NCBI GenBank assembly: GCA_965242925.1
Contig: CBDEUM010000027.1
Location: 1-43,801 of the forward strand
DNA from: Roseibacillus sp.
GTDB taxonomy: Bacteria; Verrucomicrobiota; Verrucomicrobiia; Verrucomicrobiales; Akkermansiaceae
Direction: 5' to 3'
Length of the DNA stretch: 43,801 nt
In this document: in pieces, positions 29,124 through 39,513 of the stretch
How positions within the stretch are numbered: the first letter of the stretch is position 1
Layout: each line of letters opens with the position of its first letter
Position numbers and translations under genes: made by a program
Notes under the pieces: generated by a model
Told to the model about the DNA's origin: nothing
Seen by the model: only the letters and a program-made list of their open reading frames with translations
Database searches by the model: none

Positions 29124-29449
29124 GTCTGGATACCTCGCGTCTCCGGATTGTTGAGGGCTCAGCCAACCTGCGGAAGAGGCTCAGCCCAATCCACGTCGCC
29201 TCCTCCTACCTGCGACGCCATCCCCTGCAAATCTTTGGAGCTACCTCTATAGGAGTAGCCCTGCTCACCGGGCTCCTCATCCCCCGCGGCCGCTCCAAGG
29301 GTCAAAAACGTCCCAAATCATCAAGCCAACGCCTTGCTGGATGGGCTATTGCGCTCTTGAAGGGCTCAATTCGCAACTGGTTATTCACCCGGTTCAGGGA
29401 CTATCTGCGGACGAAACAATCGGAAACGGATTCCTTGCTTGGCCCCTAG
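29072..29449 (+). CDS. YqjK-like small membrane protein
   Basis: MAQPKQNLRERKRELVLSLDTSR, then RRHPLQIFGATSIGVALLTGLL; third gene of the yqjD-yqjE-yqjK-like arrangement, overlapping the preceding gene. Confidence 0.65.
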   Translation: MAQPKQNLRERKRELVLSLDTSRLRIVEGSANLRKRLSPIHVASSYLRRHPLQIFGATSIGVALLTGLLIPRGRSKGQKRPKSSSQRLAGWAIALLKGSIRNWLFTRFRDYLRTKQSETDSLLGP

Positions 29450-29509
29450 CGGTTTCTATGGTTTCCACATCGACATCACTTCGCCGTAACGTGATGCGCC
29501 TGTAAATCC

Positions 29510-30592
29510 ATGTCCGAACATCAAGTCCTTGCTCACGTCGATGAATACCTTTCCATCGGTATCGAGTATGATTGCTCCGATATTCACCTCCCCACCCGGT
29601 ATCCCCCAGCCTGGCGCCGCTACGGCAGCCTGACCCCGATCTGGGAAGACCATCCTCCCCTTACCTCTGAGGACACCGAGCGCCTCGCCCGCTCGTTCCT
29701 GACAGAGCGGGAATGGAGCCGCCTCCAGAAAATCGGAGATGTGGACTTTGCCTACCAGAACGAACAGGGCCGCTTCCGTGCTTCCGTTGTGAAGCAGCGT
29801 CTCGGCCTTGATATCGTCTTCCGCATCATCAGCACGGAGCTGCGCGACCTTCCCGCCCTGGGACTGCCAGTCGACCATCTCATCCCGCTCACCCGCTACC
29901 ACAACGGCCTCCTGCTGGTCACTGGTTCGGTGGGATCCGGAAAATCGACCACCCTGGCTGCTCTCGTCGATTTCATCAACCAGGACCGTGAGGATCACAT
30001 CCTCACTCTGGAGGATCCCATTGAGTATGTCTTTGATTCCAAGAACTGCCACGTCAACCAACGCGAAGTTCACTCTCACACTGAATCATTCCCCAAGGCT
30101 CTGCGAGGAGCCCTGCGGGAAGATCCCGACGTCATCATGGTTGGGGAAATGCGGAACCTCGAAACCATCTCACTGGCCCTTACCGCCGCCGAAACGGGTC
30201 ACCTCGTCCTCGCCACCCTTCACACCGGAAATGCCCCGCGCACCCTCGACCGGATTCTCGATGTCTTCCCTGTCGATCAACGTGGTCAAATCCGTGTGAT
30301 GGTCTCCGAGTCGCTTCGCGGCGTCATCTCCCAGCAACTGGTCCCCAACATTGAAGGGGACGGCCGCTGCCTCGCTCTCGAACTTCTCGTCAATACCCCC
30401 GCAGTTGCCGCCACCATCCGGGACGGCAAGACCTTCATGCTCCCGGGGATCATGCAGACCGGCAAGAACGTCGGAATGATCACGATGGATGAGTCGCTCC
30501 GAAACCTTTACGTCCAAGGAAAGATCACGCAGGAGGAAGCGCTTTTCCGCTGCGAAGACAAGGTCCAGATGAAATCCTTTTTCCAGTCCTGA
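29510..30592 (+). CDS. pilT: Type IV pilus retraction ATPase, PilT/PilU family (copy 1)
   Basis: SDIHL, Walker A GSVGSGKSTT, TLEDPIE, QREV, ALREDPDVIMVGEMR, AETGHLVLATLHT. Confidence 0.9.
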   Translation: MSEHQVLAHVDEYLSIGIEYDCSDIHLPTRYPPAWRRYGSLTPIWEDHPPLTSEDTERLARSFLTEREWSRLQKIGDVDFAYQNEQGRFRASVVKQRLGLDIVFRIISTELRDLPALGLPVDHLIPLTRYHNGLLLVTGSVGSGKSTTLAALVDFINQDREDHILTLEDPIEYVFDSKNCHVNQREVHSHTESFPKALRGALREDPDVIMVGEMRNLETISLALTAAETGHLVLATLHTGNAPRTLDRILDVFPVDQRGQIRVMVSESLRGVISQQLVPNIEGDGRCLALELLVNTPAVAATIRDGKTFMLPGIMQTGKNVGMITMDESLRNLYVQGKITQEEALFRCEDKVQMKSFFQS

Positions 30593-30604
30593 ACAGCTCT
30601 CCCC

Positions 30605-31714
30605 ATGGCGAGAATCGACGCATATTTTCAGTACCTCATCGAGTCCGGTGGCTCGGACCTGCACCTCGCGGAAGGAGCTCCCCCGAAGGTTCGAATCCAC
30701 GGATCCATTTCGGCCATCCCCGACCAGTCCGTCCTCGAAGGCGATGACTTCAAGAATCTTCTGGCCGAGATCTGCGATGAGAAATCCTTCCAGGCCTATC
30801 TCGAATCCGGCGACCTCGACTTCGCCTACGAGATGGACGAAGACTCACGATTCCGTTGCAACTACCTCCAGCAGAAGAACGGACTTGCCGCCGTCTTCCG
30901 TCTCATTCCCACCGAGATCGCCTCTCTGGAGGAGTTGAATATTCCCACCGTGGTAAAGGAGTTCGGTCACATGCGCTCCGGACTGGTCCTCGTTACCGGT
31001 CCCACCGGATCCGGAAAATCCACCACCCTCGCCGCCCTCCTTGACTACATCAACACGAATTTCTCCCGCCACATCATCACGGTGGAAGAACCTATTGAGT
31101 TCGTGCACCGCAACAAGCGCAGCATCATTACCCAGCGGGAAGTCCCCATCCAGACTCCCTCCTTTGCTGACGGCCTGCGGGCCGCCCTGCGGGAAGACGC
31201 TGACATTGTGCTCGTAGGTGAGATGCGTGATCTCGAAACCATCTCCCTCGCTCTCACCGCCGCCGAAACCGGACTCCTCGTCTTCGGCACACTGCACACA
31301 AACAACGCGCGCAAGACGGTCGATCGTCTCGTTGACGTCTTCCCGGCCGACCAGCAATCGCAGGTCCGCACCATGCTCGCTGCCTCCCTCCGTGGTGTGG
31401 TGGCCCAGTTACTCATGAAACGCAGCGACAAACCCGGTCGCTGTGCTGTCAACGAAATCATGTTCGCCACCCCCGCGGTCTCTGCCATCATCCGGGAAGG
31501 CCAGACCCAGAAGCTCTATGACGTTATCATTGGTGGAAAAGCCGAGGGAATGCAGTTCATGGACGAATCCATCTGGGAAAAACTGAGCTCAGGAACGGTA
31601 ACGTCCCAAGAAGCCTACATGAAGGCCATCGATAAGACGCGCTTCAAGAAGTTCCTCCCTGAGGAGCATGCCGCGCTCGGCGAAGCCTCTGGCGAGAACC
31701 CCTTGGAACACTAG
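30605..31714 (+). CDS. pilT: Type IV pilus retraction ATPase, PilT/PilU family (copy 2)
   Basis: SDLHL, GPTGSGKSTT, TVEEPIE, ALREDADIVLVGEMRD, AETGLLVFGTLHT, AVSAIIRE, GMQFMD. Confidence 0.92.
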   Translation: MARIDAYFQYLIESGGSDLHLAEGAPPKVRIHGSISAIPDQSVLEGDDFKNLLAEICDEKSFQAYLESGDLDFAYEMDEDSRFRCNYLQQKNGLAAVFRLIPTEIASLEELNIPTVVKEFGHMRSGLVLVTGPTGSGKSTTLAALLDYINTNFSRHIITVEEPIEFVHRNKRSIITQREVPIQTPSFADGLRAALREDADIVLVGEMRDLETISLALTAAETGLLVFGTLHTNNARKTVDRLVDVFPADQQSQVRTMLAASLRGVVAQLLMKRSDKPGRCAVNEIMFATPAVSAIIREGQTQKLYDVIIGGKAEGMQFMDESIWEKLSSGTVTSQEAYMKAIDKTRFKKFLPEEHAALGEASGENPLEH

Positions 31715-31970
31715 CCGCGGGGAGTCCCGGCGTCCATTTTGGAGAACCCTGCCACCCCCAATCCGCCCGGGCGCCCCCGCCCGCTGACCTGGGAACCTCC
31801 CGACTCCTGTGGGAGGCCCGGAATTACTCACATTCGCTCACATTCACATCCTTCATGGTTGCCGGGGCAATTATGACCTCGCCTTGCGATCCCCTCCTGT
31901 CTGGACTGTGCAATTGACGGTGCCGGGGAACTCCCTACCTTCATCCTTGGCCTCTCTCCACCAACCGCCA

Positions 31971-34235
<2,265 letters not shown>

Positions 34236-34311
34236 CGTCTCCTGCCAGACGCTGTCCGGTCACCCACTCCGGATACCCTTCACCCGCACACCGCCAGAAC
34301 GGCGGAGAGCT

Positions 34312-35028
34312 TCACCGCGCCCCCGATGTCGATCCGCCCCCGGGGCCTGCCTTCGGGACGCGCACGACCATGAAGGCCTGGGCGCTCGCATGCTTCTTGA
34401 ATTTGCAGTCGTTCCTCAATCGCAACAATCCGAAGGCGCGCTCCCTGACATGCAACGGCGTCACTTCAACCTCGTATTCCCACCCCGGCTTGATCGCCTT
34501 GAGCTCATACTTGAACTGCTCGTTGGTACAGGAAATGTCGGTAACTCCGATGGGGGCATCGTGGTTAACCTTCACCGTGAATTTCTGCGACTTTGCTTCT
34601 CCTCCCAGATCCCAGAAGAGTGTGGGCGGATCTATCGCAAAGAGATGAGGAATATCCAGCTTGGTAGTCAGGACCAGGGGCGTGACACCTCCGTCAAAGT
34701 TGAGAACGATCTTCTTTTCGATTTTCCCCTTGATGGTGCCAAGTTTGAAATTTCCCCGTACGACACCCTTCTCCCCCGGCTTCCAGGTGAGCTTGCCGTT
34801 CTCGCTGATTTCAGCCGAGAGACAGCTGCAGGCGGACTTGTATTCCTTGATCGTGACCGGGATCTCACCCTTCACCGTGAAGGGAAACTCCACGCTGAGG
34901 CGGTCCTGATCCGGCGGGAGCTTCATCAGGATTTCACTCTTTTCAAAGACTAATTGTCCGAAAACGCTGGAGGGAACCGCGAGCACAATTCCCAAACCCA
35001 AGACGTGCAACAGGAGCAGGTTCTTCAT
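34312..35028 (-). CDS. Secreted DUF1573-like (Ig-like) protein
   Basis: Signal peptide from MKNLLLL; FPFTVKGEIPVTI...SACSCL...KPGEKG...G. Its ATG overlaps the upstream stop (TGATG). Confidence 0.78.
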   Translation of the reverse strand: MKNLLLLHVLGLGIVLAVPSSVFGQLVFEKSEILMKLPPDQDRLSVEFPFTVKGEIPVTIKEYKSACSCLSAEISENGKLTWKPGEKGVVRGNFKLGTIKGKIEKKIVLNFDGGVTPLVLTTKLDIPHLFAIDPPTLFWDLGGEAKSQKFTVKVNHDAPIGVTDISCTNEQFKYELKAIKPGWEYEVEVTPLHVRERAFGLLRLRNDCKFKKHASAQAFMVVRVPKAGPGGGSTSGAR

Positions 35029-35528
35029 CACTTCTTGACGAGACTTACCAGCTCCACCGTGATGATCAAGTTCCCGTCCCGCCATTTCGGACCAACAAGG
35101 TAAACTCTCTTTCCAACCTCGAAGACGCGGTCCCATCGCAGCGCCATCTTGCTCTTCTGCCAGTATTCCACATCCAGGCGCAGCTTGCGGGACTCCTTGA
35201 TGGACGCCTGTGGCTGGAAGGTCAGCATCAGGGCCTGCGAGTTCCTGATGGGCTGGGCCCAGCTCTTGTAACCCTTCAGGATATGCTGCTCGACCGATCC
35301 CAGTTTCACGAAGTTCCGGTAGGGTTCCAGCTTCGAAACCTTCTGCAACCGGGTTTTCTCCGCAGCAGAAACAACAATCACACCATCTCCCAGAGATGTG
35401 ACCGGTCCGCTCGTGCCGAAGAGAACCTCGGTCCGAACCTGCCCGATGACTTCCTTGCCGGGATCCTGCGCACCCGCCACCTCCAGAAGGGCGAGAGAAA
35501 GGAGCAGGAATGTCCGCAGTGTCTTCAC
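35028..35528 (-). CDS. Secreted hypothetical protein in the ECF operon
   Basis: GTG start 6 nt after the anti-sigma stop; signal peptide MKTLRTFLLLSLALLEVAGA; protein-like composition; coupled to the next gene. Confidence 0.75.
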   Translation of the reverse strand: MKTLRTFLLLSLALLEVAGAQDPGKEVIGQVRTEVLFGTSGPVTSLGDGVIVVSAAEKTRLQKVSKLEPYRNFVKLGSVEQHILKGYKSWAQPIRNSQALMLTFQPQASIKESRKLRLDVEYWQKSKMALRWDRVFEVGKRVYLVGPKWRDGNLIITVELVSLVKK

Positions 35529-35534
35529 TCTCTG

Positions 35535-36110
35535 TTAATAGACCTTCTCGGTTTTCACGAAGTAGCCGTGCTCGCCGTCGAGAAAACCTTCCCCGACCAC
35601 AAGATCGGTGTCCGCAAGGGGAGCAAGGCCCTCGACCACCAGCAGGGTGGAATCCGACTCCCTGTCGAGAATGACTTCGGTGGAAACTTCGGCGAGGGGG
35701 GAGTAGACTTCCGAACCCGCCGCGGCGTCAACCATCCCTCCCTGGTTTACTGGCTGTGCACTCTTCATGCCAAGCAGGAAGGCCATCACCACAGCCGCGG
35801 CAACTGCCGGAGCCATCCACCAGATCCAAAGACGGTTGAAGGCGCCCTCACTCCGGCGCGTCTTGTCCTCCCCTCGTCCCTCCTCCCTTACCAGACGCTC
35901 AAGGTGCGAATTAAAGAAGTCGGGAAAGGGAGGCTCGATCTCGGAGGAAACAGCGGTTCGCAGCTCTTCCCGTAGACGGGCGTAGTCCGCACGCTCTTCG
36001 TGAAGCTCTGGATGCTCCGTCAGGACCGGTTCCAGCTCTCGCAGTTCTTCATCACTCAACCCATCGTCCATCCAACGGGTAAGGAGTTCTTCTTTACGAT
36101 CGGTCTTCAT
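35535..36110 (-). CDS. Putative membrane-bound anti-sigma factor
   Basis: ATGA overlap with the sigma stop; N-terminal ELLTRWMDDGLSDEE helical anti-sigma-like domain without HxxxCxxC; one TM (WMAPAVAAAVVMAFLLG). Confidence 0.78.
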   Translation of the reverse strand: MKTDRKEELLTRWMDDGLSDEELRELEPVLTEHPELHEERADYARLREELRTAVSSEIEPPFPDFFNSHLERLVREEGRGEDKTRRSEGAFNRLWIWWMAPAVAAAVVMAFLLGMKSAQPVNQGGMVDAAAGSEVYSPLAEVSTEVILDRESDSTLLVVEGLAPLADTDLVVGEGFLDGEHGYFVKTEKVY

Positions 36111-36757
36111 GACTTGGTCAGCAGGGATTGCAGTTTCTTCCGGGCGTAGAACAGCCGGCTCATTACCGTCCCGATGGAGCAATCCATCACGTCGGCAATC
36201 TCTTTATACTCTAAACCCTGCACTTCGCGAAGCAGGATTGCTTCCCGATGTTCAGGGGAAAGTTTCTCAAGGGCCCCCTCGATATTGGCTCGCAGCTCCC
36301 CCTGCGAGAGGGCCTCATCCGGACGGGCCATCCGCGCCGGGGTCGCCTGAGCGCCCGCCGCAATCGCTTCCCGGTCCAGCAAATTGTCATCCAGTTCACC
36401 CGCCGTTTCCAATTTTCGTTTGCGCATCCAGTCGTAGACCACGTTATGCGTGATGCGGTACATCCAGGTCGAAAAGCGGGCGCGCGCCTCGAACTTCGGC
36501 AAAGCCTTCCACACCTTCAAGAAGACTTCCTGAGCAAGGTCCCACGAGTCGGCTTCATTCCTGACCATGTTCTGAATCATCGCATAGACCCGGCCCCGGT
36601 GTTTAGTAACAAGTGCATCGAAGGCGCTGTAGTCGCCCTCCTGGCATCTGTTTACCAATTCCGCGTCGGAAGGTGTGTCAGGGCCCCCTTCCCCCGCGGC
36701 GTCGCCGGGAACGGGCCCCTTCACCAGGTTCGACGCAAATTGGCGGAAAAAATTCAT
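36107..36757 (-). CDS. ECF RNA polymerase sigma-70 factor (RpoE-like; start uncertain)
   Basis: SDAELV...GDYSAFDALV; region 2 DLAQEVFLKVWKAL...FSTWMYRI; region 4 LREVQGLEYKEIADVMDCSIGTVMSRLFYARKKL. Confidence 0.93.
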   Translation of the reverse strand: MNFFRQFASNLVKGPVPGDAAGEGGPDTPSDAELVNRCQEGDYSAFDALVTKHRGRVYAMIQNMVRNEADSWDLAQEVFLKVWKALPKFEARARFSTWMYRITHNVVYDWMRKRKLETAGELDDNLLDREAIAAGAQATPARMARPDEALSQGELRANIEGALEKLSPEHREAILLREVQGLEYKEIADVMDCSIGTVMSRLFYARKKLQSLLTKS

Positions 36758-36796
36758 GCGCTCCGAAGAAAAAGCCAATCTGGACTTAAACGCCCG

Positions 36797-36825
36797 TTTG
36801 AGCAAGCCGGGACCCCGGCAATTCA
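36797..36825 (-). promoter_or_regulatory. Candidate sigmaE-type autoregulatory promoter
   Basis: Minus strand TGAATTG-N17-TCAAA about 40 nt upstream of ATG 36757, resembling the GGAACTT-N16-TCAAA sigmaE consensus. Confidence 0.3.
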
Positions 36826-36974
36826 GGGAACAGCCCCGGGGCCGCCCCTCTCTCATTCGGAGCTCTTCTGACTGAAAACAGGAGCCCTCCACAGCCCCCC
36901 CGATCACCGGAATCCACCCAGATCATCCTCCAGGAACCCGGCATCCCTTCTCTTGCCCGCTCCCTCGCTCCTGC

Positions 36975-38099
36975 CTAATAGACATCCCGCTGATAACGCT
37001 TCTCCTTCTTGAGGGCCTTCACGAAATCCTTGGCCTCATCCTCACTCTTGCCACCGTGTTTCTCCACGATGTCGTGCAGGGTGGCATCGACGTCTCTGGC
37101 CATCCGAGTGGCATCCCCACAAACGTATAAGGTGGCCCCATCCTCCAACCAGGACCAGATTTCCTGGCCCTTTTCCTCCATGCGGTGTTGAACGTAGATC
37201 TTCTCGGCCTGGTCACGGGAGAAAGCGACGTCGAAGCGATTCAGAAGGCCTTCCTTCTGCAGAGAGGCGAACTGCTCCTCATACAGGAAATCGGTTTTAC
37301 GATACGGATTGCCGAAAATTAGCCAGTTATTCCCCTTTGCTCCCCTCATCTTACGTTCCTCCAAGAAGGCGCGAAAGGGCGCAATCCCGGTCCCGGGACC
37401 CACCATGATGATGGGCGCATCATTGTCCTCCACCAGTTGGAAAGCCTTGTTGTGATGCACGAAGACACCGGGCTGGATGCCATCCGCACGTTCAGCAAAA
37501 AAGGTTGAGCATACCCCGCCACGCTGCCGTCCGTGCGAGTGGTAGCGCACAACTACAATGGTCAGGTGCACTTCCCCGGGGTGCGCGTTCGGACTAGATG
37601 ATATAGAATAAAGCCGCGGTTGGAGTCTCTTCAGCACGGAAACAAAATCCTCCTCGTCCGCAAAGTCCGCCGGGTAATCGGTCACGAGATCAATTAACTC
37701 CCGGCCCCAGCAAAAATCGTTCATCACCTTGCGATCTTCGCTTTCCACCACCGAACGAAGCCGGGGCGATCCACTGCGCTCCTGCCAGGCCCGCAGGAAC
37801 TTGGGCGTGAGAGAACGGATATCGTAGCCTGTAATCAGAGCTTCCCGCAGAGAAGCCTTGCCTCCATTCGGCAGGGAAACCTCCTCGTTCACGTTGAAAG
37901 GAAGCCCCGAGAGAATCTCGTCGACCTGTTCTTCCGGGTTGCGCGGGAAAACACCAAGAGCATCGCCCACCACATATTCAAGCCCGGACCCCTCGAGCGA
38001 CAATTCCACGTGATAGGTTTCCTTCTCCGAGTCAGGCGCGTTGAGATTATGGCTCCTGAGAATCGGGCTCGGGAAGGGGTTCTTCTTTCCGTATGACAT
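36975..38099 (-). CDS. CysJ-like FAD/NADPH oxidoreductase lacking the N-terminal flavodoxin domain
   Basis: Starts MSYGKKNPF; KETYHVEL, LQPRLYSISSS, GVCSTF, MVGPGTGIAPFRAF, AFSRDQAEKIYVQ, YVCGDA, RYQRDVY. Confidence 0.88.
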   Translation of the reverse strand: MSYGKKNPFPSPILRSHNLNAPDSEKETYHVELSLEGSGLEYVVGDALGVFPRNPEEQVDEILSGLPFNVNEEVSLPNGGKASLREALITGYDIRSLTPKFLRAWQERSGSPRLRSVVESEDRKVMNDFCWGRELIDLVTDYPADFADEEDFVSVLKRLQPRLYSISSSPNAHPGEVHLTIVVVRYHSHGRQRGGVCSTFFAERADGIQPGVFVHHNKAFQLVEDNDAPIIMVGPGTGIAPFRAFLEERKMRGAKGNNWLIFGNPYRKTDFLYEEQFASLQKEGLLNRFDVAFSRDQAEKIYVQHRMEEKGQEIWSWLEDGATLYVCGDATRMARDVDATLHDIVEKHGGKSEDEAKDFVKALKKEKRYQRDVY

Positions 38100-38306
38100 G
38101 ATCGAGGATTTCCGGTCTCCGCCGGGGGAGCGGAAGATAGGACGCTCACTACCGCATTCAAGGCCATTAAGTGGGTAAAGCGCGAAGTCTTCTCCCTCCT
38201 GGATGGTGAAGCTGTTTTCCTGTTCCTCCCGGCACGCTCTCAGGAACACACCTGCCTGCCCTCGCACCAGGAGATCGTGCAGGGCTGGAGCGAACACACT
38301 CCAGGA

Positions 38307-39272
38307 TCAGTCTTCCTTTACGATTACCGCCTGGGCCGGGACCCCTTCGAAGGGCACCCGAAAGGCGCGGCGCTTGACCGGATCACGGGGATCGCGCACC
38401 AGCGTACCGACAGGCAGGCCACGCACATCCACAATCGTGTTGGTGTAGGGATTGAGGATATAGCCGGGTCTGCCAGGAAGAACCACTCCGAACGGATGAT
38501 TCTTCTGCTGGCGGATTTCATGCTCGGCCTGCTCTTCCGACGTGGTACCAGTGCCTTGAGGAGGCACGCTGAAATCGATCTGGCTTCGGTGTAGAAACCC
38601 AGTCAACCCGTTCTCCGTCCGCACGAAAAGCCAACGCTCATTCTCCTGGTCCCAGACGTGCACGGCTTCCTTGGACGCCACCTTGCCCACGATGTTGTTT
38701 TTCTGCGTCGTTGGAGAAGACCGCAAGTTGCTCCGCACACCGTTGTCGGTCTTGCGCAACTTTTTCCACTGTCCGGGCTTGATCCCCTCCCGGGCCGCCA
38801 GCAGATGCTCATGCCGGATGCGCGCCCCCCCATCCCTGATGCGCACGTCAAAACTCCTCATCGACACACCCTCCCAGTTTTTGCCGCCTTCAACCGTATT
38901 CACGTGGACTGCACAGTGGACACGGACAAGATCGTCTCCGATCGACTTCACCTGAGGCTGGCCGATCAATTGCAGCCGTTGCACCCCGGCGGGACGTTCC
39001 ATCTCCCATTCGCGCCAGTCGCGCTCACTCAGGACACGGAAGTTTCCGTTCTCCCGGGTACTCCGAAAACTGAACTCCAGCATCCCGCTGCGCCTCTGCA
39101 CACGCTCCCCTGCACTCGATCGTTCCGTCGCGATGTAATCCTCTACCACCTGCAGGACTTTTCCAACCTGGGCCGAACGATCCGATCCGATCTGTGCCCC
39201 GGCGGGCACGGGGGACATAACTACCGCAGTTGCAAGTGCCAGAACCAGAGAATCGGTATGCGAAAAATTCAT
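38307..39272 (-). CDS. Secreted protein with bacterial SH3-like domain and a small C-terminal module
   Basis: Signal peptide (...PVPAGA); SH3b pattern NLRSSP...IVGKV...W LFVRTENGLTGFLHRSQI; C-terminal PGRPGYILNPY...DVRGLP.GTLVRDP...FRVP. Confidence 0.75.
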   Translation of the reverse strand: MNFSHTDSLVLALATAVVMSPVPAGAQIGSDRSAQVGKVLQVVEDYIATERSSAGERVQRRSGMLEFSFRSTRENGNFRVLSERDWREWEMERPAGVQRLQLIGQPQVKSIGDDLVRVHCAVHVNTVEGGKNWEGVSMRSFDVRIRDGGARIRHEHLLAAREGIKPGQWKKLRKTDNGVRSNLRSSPTTQKNNIVGKVASKEAVHVWDQENERWLFVRTENGLTGFLHRSQIDFSVPPQGTGTTSEEQAEHEIRQQKNHPFGVVLPGRPGYILNPYTNTIVDVRGLPVGTLVRDPRDPVKRRAFRVPFEGVPAQAVIVKED

Positions 39273-39452
39273 CTTGAAGGAAGGCCGGGAAAAGGCCGCG
39301 TAGCTTACCAATGATTGCGGATTCTGCACTCCCTTTTGCAACGCATTTCATGCTCTTACGATCCTCCAACAATCACGGAAGATTAAGTAGCCGCTACTAT
39401 TCCTTCTCCTGAACAAGAGAGGGAGGGGGCAAATTCAACGCGCCCTTCAACC

Positions 39453-39489
39453 TCCAGTTCCCCACCGTCAGGAATTGGGGAAGGCTGGA
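39453..39489 (-). terminator. Hairpin downstream of rpiB-glyA
   Basis: tccag-ttcccca ... tggggaa-(gg)-ctgga inverted repeat about 25 nt past the glyA stop. Confidence 0.4.
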
Positions 39490-39513
39490 ATTGTGAGCAA
39501 ATCGGTTCTCCCG

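Noticed and set aside
30688..30698. GGTTCGAATCC, a perfect tRNA T-loop motif
   Set aside because: It lies inside the pilT coding frame (K-V-R-I-H); no acceptor, D or anticodon stems can be formed around it.
31809..31970. N-terminal extensions in the ORF track (31809, 20905, 38297, 36907, 35136, 39341)
   Set aside because: Recognisable domains or signal peptides begin at downstream ATGs, several with stop/start overlaps, so the shorter starts were used.
38100..38306. Leader of the CysJ-like gene as a SAM riboswitch
   Set aside because: It has hairpins, plausibly terminating the upstream gene, but the conserved SAM-I core elements are not present in order.
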